A stretch of 64,000 nt of DNA from the human T2T-CHM13v2.0 reference genome, Homo sapiens. The first letter of the stretch is position 1. Each line of letters opens with the position of its first letter. Of this stretch, positions 47,643 through 63,712 are shown one piece after another. Made by a program: the position numbers and the translations under genes. The stretch is taken from assembly GCF_009914755.1 (NCBI RefSeq), contig NC_060937.1. One strand, given 5' to 3'. The notes under the pieces are model-generated. The model saw only the letters and a list, made by a program, of their open reading frames with translations. It made no database searches and was not told the DNA's origin.

Positions 47643-48048
47643 GGAAAGGGTCCTCACCGTTCCTGCTCATTTCTATATCCTTCTAGCTCACTTTTCTGCA
47701 CTGCAGCTACATAACTCTTCTTCCGCAACACAAGCCATGCTTATTTCTTGCATTTATACCTTAATTCTTGCTCTATGTGTCTTTATTAATTCTGATACCT
47801 GGAAAGACTCATCACTTTACTGATTCATAGTTTAAGCTTCTGCTCTGGTGTCATTTCCCAAGAAGCATCTAACGCACATGGTCTGACTTAGATGCTTCTT
47901 CCTGATAAGGCAGTAGTGCTTTCTTATTGTGATATGCTCTGTGCTCAGCAGTTTGCTTTAAAACCATTAGTGTTCTCCTTTACTAAGGTTCATTGGGCAG
48001 AAACTGTAGGCACTTAGTAGGCCTTATATAGACCTATGAATTTAAAGA

Positions 48049-48195
48049 ATGGAAGGAAGGATGGATGGATGCATGGATGGAAGGAAGGAAGGAAGGAAGG
48101 AAGGAAGGAAGGAAGGAAGGAAGGTAGGAAGGTAGGAAGGATGGAAGGATGGAAGAATGGATGGGTGGATGGGTGGGTGAATGAATGGTTGGGTG
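48049..48195. repeat. (GGAA)n/(GGAT)n microsatellite with 11 consecutive GGAA at 48079-48122
   Basis: Directly visible. Confidence 0.95.
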
Positions 48196-48419
48196 AGAGG
48201 AAAAACTTCTCTGAGGCTGTTTTAGTCCAGGTGCCCATAAAATAATACAAGCATTATTTTATAGCTCAGGCAACAGTTGAGGTCAAAGTTTCGGATCAGG
48301 TCATCTGTCTTTAGTTCCAGCATTCTATGATGTACAAGTCACTCTATATCCCTCATCTTCAGTCACTAAATACCTCTATAAAATGTGCCAGGCAGCACCC
48401 TGCAAAGTAATTCACTTAC

Positions 48420-48513
48420 CCATGTTGAGGATTGTGGGCCACAAACAGCACTTTGACAGGCACTTCTGTCTGGCGATTCTGTGTTCAGTTTGCTCAAGAA
48501 CTCAGCGGTTTTG
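48420..48513 (-). CDS. EPSTI1: EPSTI1 coding exon (probably exon 7), 94 nt, (Y)KTAEFLSKLNTESPDRSACQSAVCGPQSSTW
   Basis: Minus-strand acceptor ctggtag|C at 48514-48515 and donor TGG|gtaagt at 48414-48419. Translation matches the recalled human EPSTI1 protein. Confidence 0.95.
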
Positions 48514-49072
48514 CTACCAGAAACACAAACAGGTGTTAGTGCCTTCACAAAAATATGAACATAATTCTTTATTTTTCCTTTGGATACTAACCTAGACTTA
48601 TTTGGGTGATGATTAAAATTATCTTCAGCAGAACAGAAAGTTACGTTGAGAACAAGGTGTAGCAGAAATCAAAACAAAATGCTATTGCAAGATTGCATTC
48701 TTCAAGAACAATATTACAAAATTATAAAACTAGCTTTATGAAATGTGAGCTTATGACCTCATTTTTTCCACTTTATATTACTGACATAAATACAAGTCCT
48801 CTCCCAGAGCACATTCCACAGCATGCAGCCCTAATTTCCTATCTGAACATTTAATGCTTAACACTCAGACTTCAGGGTGGAGCTGTGGAACATTCACGCC
48901 CTACAACATCCTGCTTCACACCAGTTTTACATTAAGCCCTTTACCCTCTCATCTGCCTCATGGCTTTGACCACTGTTAGGACACAGAGACCCTCTAATCC
49001 AGTAGCTCTTTTCCATTTATGGATCATGGAGCCCTTTTGGACTCTGAAAGCAAAAGTGAACCCTCTGTTAAC

Positions 49073-49073
49073 A

Positions 49074-49109
<36 letters not shown>
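49073..49109. repeat. (CA)n microsatellite
   Basis: Directly visible. Confidence 0.95.
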
Positions 49110-49111
<2 letters not shown>

Positions 49112-50779
49112 CCTTTGCATTTTGTTTCAGAGAGAGGATAAACCCTCGATAGGGTTTATCTATAGAGGTTAAAAAGTGCTGCTGATTCTAGACTGCATTT
49201 CTAATATCTCTTTTTAGCTCTGAAAAATTGACCTAGAAATGTCCTCAGTTTAAATAAGAAGTTCTCTGTTTTTACCTTAAAAATCCAAACCACCACCCCG
49301 ATTTCCCCTCTCACTTATGCCAAGCATAGAACACTGGAATTGTTTCCTAGTCCTTACCTCAGTGCCTGGCCCATTCTGCCTACCCTTGATTAATTTCTAC
49401 GCCTTTGTCCTTTTCTCATGTAATTTGTGTGATTTTTATCTCTTCATTGCACATTCACAGCCACATACCTCATTGAGCACTGACTTACTTTGCACCAGAC
49501 TTGCGCAGCCTGTTCCCATCTCCCTCCCTCCTCCTGCTAGCCCTCTGCTTCCCCCTAATATTTTAAGCCCAATGCTAAGATCTGATTCATCAAGTACTTA
49601 GGACATGGGCATCAAAGGAAACACAAAGTATCTGGTAGAACAAATGGCATCCAGTGTAGGAGCAAAACAAGGAATTAGAAACTAAACAGGTGCCAGCATC
49701 ACTTCAAATATTACTTAGGTAGAACATGGCATTTGAAAAAGGTCAGAAGCTTGATCTGGGGAAGGAAGAAATAAAAGTGAAGCAACATACAGAACCCTGA
49801 GAAACATTCAGCAGTTGAGACGAGCAGCCTTTCCATTTGTCTTAGATTACTTATCTTGCCCAGAATAGACAAGGAGACTAATGAAGTCACAGAGTGTGGA
49901 AGCTGCCCCATTGTCTGGGGCTTTATGAAGTCATCAGTCAAAAGTATAAAAAGAAGAGTGATGCCAGAAGTTTGGATGAGATCTCTGAATATCCTAAGCC
50001 AAGTGCAGGCCATAGGAGAAAGCAGTGAAAAAGAAACACTGTGACAAGCAAGGAAGAAACTTCAGACCAAGTTGACAGGCAGCCCTTCAGTTTACTGACT
50101 GCCGCTTCTTACCTGCCAACGCCAAGCACAAAGCTGCCTGCAGAGCCAGCCTCTATCTGTGGTCCTTGTGCCAATTATCACTGCCCCACTCATGCCGCAG
50201 GATATAAAGCAGAGTGACAGGGTCACAGGACTGCCAGAGGAATACAGGTAGGGGCCTGCAGAGTATGCGGATTACTGCCAAGTGATCAACTATACAAAGG
50301 AAGTCCCATGTTACGACACTAACTCATATTTTTCTACTATTAGCATTAGTCCCTGGTATATAAAATTTCCATATATTGGCTGAACTGAAGTGGGATCCCT
50401 GTAGGTAACTCTGGTTATATTTAACAAAAATAAGATGTAGAACCTGTTTGAGGGGCAAATGAAGGAAAACATCCTCGTGGGAAGTCCAACTGGACTAAGA
50501 ACCCTGGACTCTAGCACTGTTTTCACCTTGCCCTTGGGGGTTCTTGGTATTATCACTACCGTGACTCTACTGCCTGTTGGAGAGGGGTGGTCCTCTTCCA
50601 CTTTGTCACTCTGATCCAAGCATGAAAGATTTCTTCCTCTATTCTCCATAGAACAAAATAAAATTTACTTATGTCCAACTTAGGATCTTTAAGGGTCCTT
50701 CCTGCTCATTCTTAGGTTGATTTCTATGGCATATCCTGAAAGGTCCCTTCAGGAAAATCTCGCCTCAACAGAATACAGT

Positions 50780-51120
50780 TGTAGCAGACTGCTAAATGGT
50801 CATGAAAATTTACATTCTCCTCTTCTGGCCACACAACTTGGCTACATTTCCTAGCCTCCCTTGCAGCTAAGGTTGGCTATATGATTGAGTCTTGACCAAT
50901 GGAATGTGAGAAGTGTTGAATGCCACATCCAGTACTAACTTATTAGAAAATTCCCATGCATGTGCCTCCATACATTGTTCTCCTGGCTGGAACAGAGACA
51001 GCCCTCAAGGAAATGCTGGAAGTTGTGCATTGAAGGTGGTGGAGTCTCTATCAGTTTTGGTTCCTAAATACCTGAGTGGAGGAGGCTGCCTTTCAAATTA
51101 TGACACAATGGTATTTTAAA
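50780..51120 (+). mobile_element. Old MLT1-type LTR fragment
   Basis: ctacatttcctagcctcccttgcagcta..atgattgagtcttgaccaatggaatgtgagaag. Confidence 0.65.
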
Positions 51121-51179
51121 AAGCAGTCTATGCTTTTTGTGAATTCACTTATATGTAGTAAAATTAGAAACACTTGCCA

Positions 51180-51703
51180 AGTGAGAAGAGCAGCTCCTGG
51201 CATCCAGGAACTGATCTGATGCTCACGTCTAAATCTCAGTGTTATTATAAACTGATTTGATCTGACACTGAAGTTAAGCCTTGTTCCACTGTTGGATGTA
51301 AATAGTCACACAGAATATCTACTTCACACAAGGTCATCATGCAATCTACAAAGTACCAAACATCATCTCCTCTAAGTGAATGACCACTACTTCTTCACTA
51401 ATTACAGCTTCGTAGTCACTCTAGGTCCTTCCTATAGGTAAGATTTATTGAGATACCCAATCATAAAACTGTCCCCACATTCTGATGGCACTCAATCCAG
51501 AGCAACTCCCTGCCTCCGTAGACCCTCCCCAAAATTACCCAACCAAAGCACAAATCCTGTAGTAGGGTCTTTCTAACACTTTCTCCCTGAGATAACTCAC
51601 CATTCCCTATGGTATGCATTTTCCTTTGCTGCAATGAGTAATAAACCCAACTTGTTCAACTACAGGTATATTCCTGGTAGTTTTTGGTTAACGCACATTG
51701 ACA
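51180..51703 (+). mobile_element. ERV1-type solo LTR (MER67/MER31-like; family uncertain)
   Basis: LTR-like 3' region gctgcaatgagtaataaacccaacttgttcaactacagg...ttgaca. Confidence 0.55.
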
Positions 51704-53002
51704 AATATTACATACCAGGACAGTGGTTACTGCTAGAGAAAGACAGAGAAGGAAGGGATGAGGGTGGAGGGACAGCTAGCTGTCTCTGTAATATTTATCT
51801 TTTTTAATTAACCAAATATAAGTAATATCTTAACAATATGAGCTTAGTGGTTGATGCATATTTTCTGTGTGTTTGAAATGTTTCTTAAATAAAAAGGGGA
51901 TAAAAAACCCCACACAGACTATGGTGGTGTTTACTAGGGAAAGACTTGGCAGATACCATTCCAGATTTCATAGAACAATAGTTTCCAGAATGCCAGTGGG
52001 AAGACCAGTGTGGGGCTGGCTATATGAGAATCATCTGTGGTGCTTCCTAGAAATTACTGGACTCAGGCCTCTGACTCTAATTGAGCATGTCTGGAGTGGG
52101 ATCTGGGAATCTGCGTTTCTTAAAAGCACCCCTGGTGATGTTAAGAACTACTACAGTAGTACAGATGGATATTAAATATGCATAATTATCTTAAGTCTAC
52201 ATGACTCTGACTTATGAATAATTCATGTTATACAACACATTTGGAAATAAAACCTCAGCGTGTCTTAGGAACTGTCTGTATAAGTACAATCTAATAATGC
52301 ATTCTACATGTATTTTGCAATAGCTTCACAAACCTGAACTTTGCCACCATGAGGTTTAGGTAAGTAATCATTCGTACATGCATGCATGCATTCATGCAGG
52401 CAACAAATATTTCCTGAGTCTCTGCCATGTGTTTAGCAATATGGGTTATAGGACAATCTAAAGAAGTATTATTTTGCTTAAGTCAGTTTCACATAACTGG
52501 GTATGAGCAAATGACATTCACACACCTATAAGCACTCACAGAGCCTATGTAAGTAAGAGAGTGAGAGATAATCTATTGGGATACACAAAACCCATTTAAG
52601 AAATCACAAGAACAAGATTTACAAAACAAAACATGAAAGTGAGTAGTAATGCTGGGAGAACTTTGTGCTTAATCAAAGTAATCAAACTATTGCATACACT
52701 TTACAGAATTCTTTCCCTTCATTTATCTGGTCTTTAATGATTTAATTTTTAATTGCAAAAGCAATACATAAATACGAGTCAGAAAATAGAATAGAAATTA
52801 GATAAAAATATAAAGAAAAAAAGTGAAGGTCCTACTTAATACCTCTCTCAACCTGACTCCTTTCCCCAAAGGACAACATCATGAATTGTCAGGTATGTAT
52901 CCTGATTTTCTATTAATTGATAAATATCTATTTAAAATTACATACAAATGAATAGTGGTTTACTTTGGGGGAGGATAATTAGGATAAGGCAGAGAAGGCC
53001 AG

Positions 53003-53740
<738 letters not shown>

Positions 53741-54038
53741 ACTTTTTTCTTTAAGTGGGATACTATATTTTGTTCTGAAAATAGATTTTTGTCATCTAAC
53801 CACATCTTTGAGATTTTTCCATATTTATAAATATATATCTTATTCCTTTTGGCAGCTGAATAGCATTTTATGATATGGATATAATACATTTAACATTCTT
53901 ATGGATGGATATTTATAGTTTTTTCCAGTGAGCATCCTGGTATATACATCTTGTGCAAATACATAAATATTTTTTCTAAGATATACACCTAGAAGTAGAA
54001 TTTTATTCTAATATAGGTTCCCATAAATAGATATGCAA

Positions 54039-54306
54039 TTTTTTGTTTTTGTTTCTTGAGACAGGGTCTCACATTGTTGCCCAGGCTGGACAGCAGCCTT
54101 GACCTCCTGGGTTCAAGTGATCCTCCTACATCAACCTCCCAAGTAGTTGGGACTACAGGAGCACACCACAATGCTCAGCTAATATTTTTTTAGAGGTGGG
54201 GTCGCTGTGTTGCCCGGGCTGATCTCAAACTTCTGGCCTCAAGTGATCCTCCCACCTCAGCCTCCCAAAGCATTGGGATTACAGGCACGAGCCACTGTGC
54301 TCAGTC
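54039..54306 (-). mobile_element. AluJ with internal deletion
   Basis: gagacagggtctcac..gcagccttgacctcctggg. Confidence 0.85.
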
Positions 54307-54719
54307 TATTCACGATTAAACCATGCTTAATAGTGCCAAGCTGATCTACACAAATTTATATTTTCACCAAAAGTTAACTTTATGAAAGTGGCAATTCAGA
54401 ACCATGGCTAACCTCCTGTAAGTACTAATTCTATCCTGTCTTACACATTCCTATTTATCTCGGTCACCACCGAGTGTTCCAGTCTCACCTATCACTCAAT
54501 ATGACTCAGTCTCTCAATCCCACACTGCCCCATATATCTACCACTTAAGCCCCCACACCTCCCTCTAGCCTTCCAAACCTTTCCAAGGGGGCAAAAGTCT
54601 CTCGATCTTTATCCAAGAGTTAACAACTCAGGATTCTTAACCTCATATCAGAAAGTCTCCCTCAAATACAAAATCACCATTAGGCAAACATCCAGGTAAA
54701 AAAAAAAAAAAATGTTGGC

Positions 54720-55407
54720 AAGATTAATTTACATAGGCTAAAATCACTGGGCAAAAGTTTGCAGATAACAGGATATTAGTATAGTCTTAAAATATCTCCC
54801 CCAAAACATTCATCAATTATAAAGAGAAAAACAATAACTTAACAGTGGAGACCACCTTACCAAATGATCCAAGTAAATATCACCAGTGATAAGGATACTG
54901 ATCATCATGTACCCTCTGATGCGATGCACTGAGAAGGACATGGCATCACTTCTGTAATTTTCTTGTTGGAAATTATAACTTCAAGCTATTCATGAGAAAA
55001 CATCAAACAAACCCAAACTGGGGGAAGTCTACAAAGTAACTATCCATTACCCACTGAATGTGTTAAGGTCATGAAAGAGAAGGGAAAAAATGAGGTACTG
55101 TCACATATTGGAGGAAATTAAGGAATCATAATGACTGGATGTTTTATGTGATCCTGAATTGGATCCTGAAATAGAAAAGGAGCACTGGAGGGAAACTGAT
55201 GGAATATGAATAAGGTCTGTAGTTTATATTAATAGTATTGTACCAATGTTAATTTTCTGATTTTGATCATTGTACTATGGTTGTATAAGATATTAATGTT
55301 AGCTAGATGAAGATTTTATTGGAAACTATTTTTCTACTATTTTTGTATCTTCTCTCTAAGTTGGAAATTATTTCAACATAAAAAGTAAAAAAAAAAAAAA
55401 AAAAAAG
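54720..55407 (+). mobile_element. Old L1M (L1MC/ME-type) 3' end with A tail
   Basis: aatatcaccagtgat..ggatcctgaa..gaataaggtctgtag..ttttgatcattgtactatggtt followed by poly-A. Confidence 0.65.
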
Positions 55408-55697
55408 AGTCTGCCTCATTTTCCCACATTGTCTGAAACCTGACCACCTCTTGAGAACAGTACTTCCCACAACCCCCCGAAATGGAACTATTTTACTTCC
55501 ATATACATATTCCTTGGTGCCTGAAAATGAAGCAGACATCCTGTTTGCTCCCAATCTACTTCCAGACCATTACTTCCCCCATCATTTGCAAAACATGTTT
55601 GCTTCTGTAGTACCCACAACACAGAATACACCATCCTCTTTGCCATTGTCATCCTTCAACCTTCTGGTCAACCATCTCTCATTTGTTTAAGATTTCA

Positions 55698-57016
55698 GCC
55701 TTTGGTGCACCCAGGAGGTGTGGGTATCATGTAATTGGCAGTTGGTCAAAGCTGGTGCCAGACCCAGCCTCCTGAAGGAACCATGTCCTGCAGCTTTGGG
55801 TGCCACTCGTCATGTCAGGCACACACTGCTGCCCAAGCGGAGCTGCTCTTTGAATTCTCTGTGAATGCTGGGACGAGGAACACCAGAGCTGCTGGCTGAA
55901 AATTGTCCAAACAAGAGGAATACCCCCCTGCATGGACTTCCTGGTTCTCTTCCTGCTCTACTGGCTTTGGTGCTAGTTGGTTATGTTATGACCTGTTTTT
56001 GCTAGAAAACTCATGATTTGAAATGCCTGGTCAGGGCAGGGGCACAGATATTTTCCTGTATAATTCCAGAATGTCTTCAGAAAGCCATGTAAAGATTGCT
56101 TCACTACCTCTTCCATACATGAAACCATACCTTCATTATCCTTCACCTGGTCTTGCAAGGAATGGTAAATACTGAATATACCTGGGAAATACTGGGCTAC
56201 CGTCAAAAGCTAGTTCTCCTGTATTACCTTCTTCTGCCCTGTCTGCTTCTGATTGTAAACCCGTTTATTTCCACCCTAACTTGTGTAACTGATTCTGGCA
56301 TTATAAGAAAAGCAAATGAATTATTTCTTCAAGTTTATGAATTCAGTGATGTTTCTAAAGAGGTGAGGTGCTCTACTTATGAGTTACGAACACCAGCTCG
56401 ATCAAAGCACTGACTGCAGTGTGTGCACCGTTTTGACCATCGTTAGGTTTGGGTGAACAACTGCATCTGGGCTTGGAACGCCAGTTATTAATACTTTCTC
56501 ATCTACCTCTTGATGTTGACGGCTTTGGCTGCTGCCATGGCCATTGTGAGCACTGCGTTTCTGGTCGATTTGGTGGTATTGTTGGATTTGTACTAGACTT
56601 ACACTGATGACCTTGGACACTTCCAGTTTATAGACTTGATTTTTCTTATTTAGTACCTGTTCCTGACCTTTCTAACAATTGTCTTCATGCTGGGGTTGTG
56701 GTTGGGGGGGACGTTGTAATGGTCCTGAGCTTTCTCCTGGGTAGCTACCTGTGCTTTGCTCTGTACCTGGTTGCCATCAACCAGACTACTAATGAGTGGT
56801 ACAGAGGTGACTGGGCCCCATGCCAGCATTGCCCCCTCATGGCCTGGCCCCCATCAGGAAAGCTCCAAATCTACCAGAACATTCACTCCCATGGGCTCTG
56901 GAGCAAACTTTGAGAGATCTTTCTACCTGCCATTCCAAATAATGAAAGAAGAAACAAGAATGAAAGAAGTGTCACTGCCTTTTAAATATAGTATGCATTT
57001 ATTATTTAAGAAAAAA
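55698..57016 (+). pseudogene. ZDHHC4P1: Processed pseudogene of palmitoyltransferase ZDHHC4 (ZDHHC4P1-like), antisense within an EPSTI1 intron. CDS remnant is 55932-56963.
   Basis: Intronless match to recalled ZDHHC4: MDFLVLFL.., LQGMVNTEYTWEILGY, KANELFLQVYEF, PARSKH, HRFDHR*VWVNNCI, NQTTNEWYRGDW, NIHSHGL, ..KKQE*. Many frameshifts and stops. Outer boundaries are approximate. Confidence 0.9.
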
Positions 57017-57029
57017 CCTTGAGCGTTCC

Positions 57030-59080
<2,051 letters not shown>

Positions 59081-60085
59081 TTGTTATAGTCATACGTCAG
59101 AGATATTGTGAGTTTGGTTCCAGACCACTGCAAAAAAAGCAAATGAAATATTGCAATAAAGTGAGTCACATAAATTTTTTTGTTTTCCATTCATATAAAA
59201 GTTGGGTTTACACTAGATTGTAGTCTCTTAGGTGTGCAATAGCATTATGTCTTGAAAAATGTACACTTTAATTTAAAAATACACGTTGTTGCTAAAAAAA
59301 ATGCTAACATCTGAGCCTTTGGTGAGTTGTAATCTTTTTGCTGCTGGAGGCTCTTGTTGATAACCTGCTGACTAATCAGGGTGGTAGTTGCTAAAGGCCA
59401 GAGTTGCTGTGGCAATTTCTTAAAATAAGACAGTGAAGTTTGCCACATCAATTGACTCTTTCTTTCATGAAAGATTTGTGTGTAGCATGCAATGCCGTTT
59501 GACAGCCTTTTACCCATAGTAGAACTTCATTCAGAATGGAAGTCAATCTCTTAAACCCTGCCACCACTTTATCAGCTAGGTTTATACAATATTCTAAATT
59601 TCAAGTCATTTAATCAATGTTCACAGCAACTTCAGCAGGAGTAGTTCCCATCTTAAGAAATCCCTTTCTTTGCTCATCCATAAAAAGCAACTCCTCATCC
59701 GTTGAAGTTTGATCATAAGATTGCAACAATTCAGTCACATCTTCAGGCTCCACTTCTAATTCTAGTTCTCTTGCTATTTCCACATCTGCAAGACTTCCTC
59801 CACTGAAGTCTTGAGTCCATCAATGTCATCCATGAGGGCTGGGATCATCCTCTTCCATATTCCTGTTAATGTTGATATTTTGACCTCCTCCCATGAATCA
59901 CAAGTGTTCTTGATGGCATCTAGAATGGTAAATCCCTTCTAGAAGGTTTTTAATTTAGTTTGCCCAGATCAATCAGAAGAATCACCATCTATAGCCTTTA
60001 AAAATCTATTTCTTAAATAATAAGATGTGAACATCAGATTTATTCCTTGATCCATAGGCTGCAGAATGGAGACTGCGTTAGCAAG

Positions 60086-60334
60086 CATGAAAACATTAAT
60101 TTCCTTGTATATCTTCCAGGCATCTCAAAGTTAGCATGTTTGACCTTGAACTTTTGATATTTTTCTTCCCAAACCTTGGTTCTTGGTTTTGATATTTGGT
60201 TTAGAAATACTGCCAAATATCCTAATAGGTATTAGAACCAAGGTTTGGGAAGAAAAATATCAAAAGTTTAAGTTGAAATATGCTAACTTTGAGATGCCTG
60301 GGAAATATACAAGGAGATTAGTGTTGTTTTCATG
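60086..60334. repeat. ~100-bp imperfect inverted repeat (arms 60086-60183 and 60234-60334, 50-bp spacer)
   Basis: The reverse complement of the right arm aligns to the left arm with few mismatches and one 3-nt indel. Confidence 0.92.
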
Positions 60335-60702
60335 GGTGATTAGGTGCATTGTCAATGAGCAGCAATATTTTGAAAGGAATCTTTTCTTCTAAGCAGGTCT
60401 TATTAGTGGGCTTAAAATATTCAGTAAACCATGATGTAAACAGAGGTGCTGTCATCTAGGCTTTGTTGTTCCATTCATAGAGCATACACACAATTTAGCA
60501 TATTTTTTTAAGGGCCCTAGGATTTTCAGAATGGCAAATGAACATTGGCTTCAACTTAAAGTCACCATCTGCATTAGCCCCTAACAAAAGTTAGCCTGTC
60601 CTTAGAAGTAGGTATTGACTTCTCCTGTCTAGCTATGAAAGTCCTAGATGGCATTTTCTTCCAATAGAAGGCCGTTTCATCTACATTAAAAATCTGTTGT
60701 TA

Positions 60703-61230
<528 letters not shown>

Positions 61231-62656
61231 CTAGCTTAGGCTTTGGCTTAAGGGAATGTTTTGGCTGGTCTGATCTTCTATCCAGACCACTTGAACTTTC
61301 TTCATATTAGCAATACAGCTATTTTGCCTTCGTATCATTCACATGTTCACTGGAGTAGCATTTTTAATTTCCTTTGAGAACTTTTCTTTTGCTTCACAAC
61401 TTGGCTAACTAATGCAAGAGGTCTAGCTTTTGTCCTATCTTGGTTTTCAACATGCCTCCGCACAGAGCTTAGTCATTTTTAGCTTTTGATTTAAAATGAG
61501 AGACATGTGATATTTCCTTTTACTTGAATGCTTATGGGCCATTGTAGGGTTATTAATTGGCCTAATTTCAGTATTGTTGTGTCTCAGGTAATAGGAAAAT
61601 CCAAAGAGGAGAGAGAGATAGACAGGGGAATAGCCAGTCAGGGGAACAGTTAGAACACACACAACATTTATTGATTAAATTCACTGTCATTTGTGGGCAG
61701 GGTTTGTGGGTCCCCAAAACAATTACAATAGTAACAACAAAGATCACTGATCATGGATCACCAAATCAGATGTAATTATAACGAAAAGTCTGAAATATTG
61801 TACAGATTACCAAAATGTGACACTATGACACAAAGTGGGAAAATGGCACCAATAGGCTTGCTCAACACAGGATTGCCACAAACTGATAATTTATAAAATT
61901 TTAAAAAATGAAATATCTGTGAGGTGCAATAAAGCAAAGTGCAATAAAACAAGGCACGCCTGTACTTTTCTCTGCACTGACATCACTTAAGCTGAGCCAC
62001 CACCAACTCTTATCTGGACTACTGCAGTAACATCTTTAGTAGTTTCTCCATTTATTCTCTTGCCTTCTCAAATCTATTCACAACACAGCAACTAGAGTAG
62101 TCATTTCTTTTTGAAAAATAAAAATTTTCTACAGGTTATCCCTGTGGCTTGAAAAACATGCAGACTCTGTGCCATGGCCTGTGTGGTCCACTTGACCTGC
62201 CTAGCTCCTGCCTGTCTTGTCAACTTCGTCATCTCTTTTTTTCACTTCAGCCCGAACATACCAGCTTCCTTTCAGGTTGCTGAGTACCCTATATGCCATT
62301 GCCTCAGCCTAGAACTTTCTTTCTGGTTCTCAGTATGGCTGGTTCCTTCTCATCCTTTTATCTTCAGTTCAAATGTCATTTTCTTGGAAAGTCGGGTCCT
62401 ACCTATCATGCTAAGGAGGTGTTGCCTTCCTAGTACCATTATGTTCTCTTACCCTACCTCTAACACTATGTTCCTTCATAGGAATTGTTCGAATCCTACA
62501 CAGTTATCCTACACAGTTCTTTGTCAGCTTGTCTATTTTCCACATTTGCTCATGGAGCCATATTTGCTTTATTCATAATAGATGCCTAGAACCTAGTATA
62601 GTGCTTGACACACATTTATCGGTGCTTATCAGTCTAGAGGATTTTTCTGTTTGGGG

Positions 62657-62806
62657 TTTTTAAGAGACAGGGTCTCCCCTGTGTCACCCAGCCTGGAGTG
62701 CAGTGGTGTGATCATAACTCACTGCAGCCTCTAACTCCTGGCTCAAGTGATCCACCTGCCTCAGCCTCCCAAGTAGCCAGGACTACAGGCACGTGCTACC
62801 ACACCT
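62657..62806 (-). mobile_element. Alu monomer / partial AluJ
   Basis: gagacagggtctc..gcagcctctaactcctggctcaagtgatcc. Confidence 0.8.
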
Positions 62807-63540
62807 GAATCATGCTCATTGTTGAATAAATGAAAGCTCCTTTCCTAATGTGAAGTATTATCAATCCATTGATATTTTTGCCACTGAAATAATAAAATCT
62901 ATATTTGTGTTTATCTAATCATTAGTGAAACTGAATATTTTGATTCCTATTTCCTCTTTTAACTGCTTGTTCAAGTAATTTGCCAATTTTTGAGTTGTTA
63001 TTTTCTTATTATCCTATAAACATTCTTTGTGAAATTAAGCCTTTATCCATTATGTTTGAGGCAAATATTTTTTCCTAGATTATTATTTACTTAAAACATT
63101 CTTCATTATATCTTCTATCATAGATTTTAAAATTTTTACGTACTTAAAGCTATGGTCTCTCTTTATGGCTTCTGAGATTTGTATATTGCTTAAAAAGGAG
63201 TTTCTACCCTCAAAGTATAAAATCATCCTTCACTACATTTTTATTGTGTTGATTCAATACAAATTGTCAAATTGTCTATTCTTTTGACATTGGTTTGAAA
63301 GAAATACTTTCATTCATAGTTGAAGTCCTAAATACTGAATTTTTATATAAACATGGGTCTACTTTAGATTCTCTATAGCATTCAATAATTCAATTCATAG
63401 ATTGATTACAATGCCAATAACAGTTTGTTATTCCAACCAGCTTTAAAGTTTTTAGTCTTTTATCTCAAAGTAATTTCAGTTTTGGTTTTAATTTTTCCCC
63501 AATAGTCATTTTTAAAGATAGTTTAAATTTTTTAATTAAA

Positions 63541-63712
63541 AAATTAGCTGGGCCTAGTGGTGCACACGTGTAGTCCCCCTACGTGGGAGGCTGAGGTGGG
63601 ATGATTGCTCAAGCCCAGGAGGTCAAGGCTACAGCAAACCATGGTCATGCCACTGTACTCTAGCCTGGGTGACAGAGCAAGACACTGGAAAAAAAAAAAA
63701 ACAGAAAAAAAA
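63541..63712 (+). mobile_element. Alu right monomer (AluJ/FRAM-like)
   Basis: aaattagctgggc..gcccaggaggtcaaggctaca followed by an A tail. Confidence 0.8.

Noticed and set aside
48014-48250. ORFs with PSFL/EGRK repeats
   Set aside because: Microsatellite translation.
52376-52400. TGCATG (RBFOX) motif cluster
   Set aside because: Decayed L2 tail microsatellite about 3.9 kb from the nearest exon.
62174-62578. 134-aa hydrophobic ORF
   Set aside because: Lies in a pyrimidine-rich L2 relic and has no recognisable homology.
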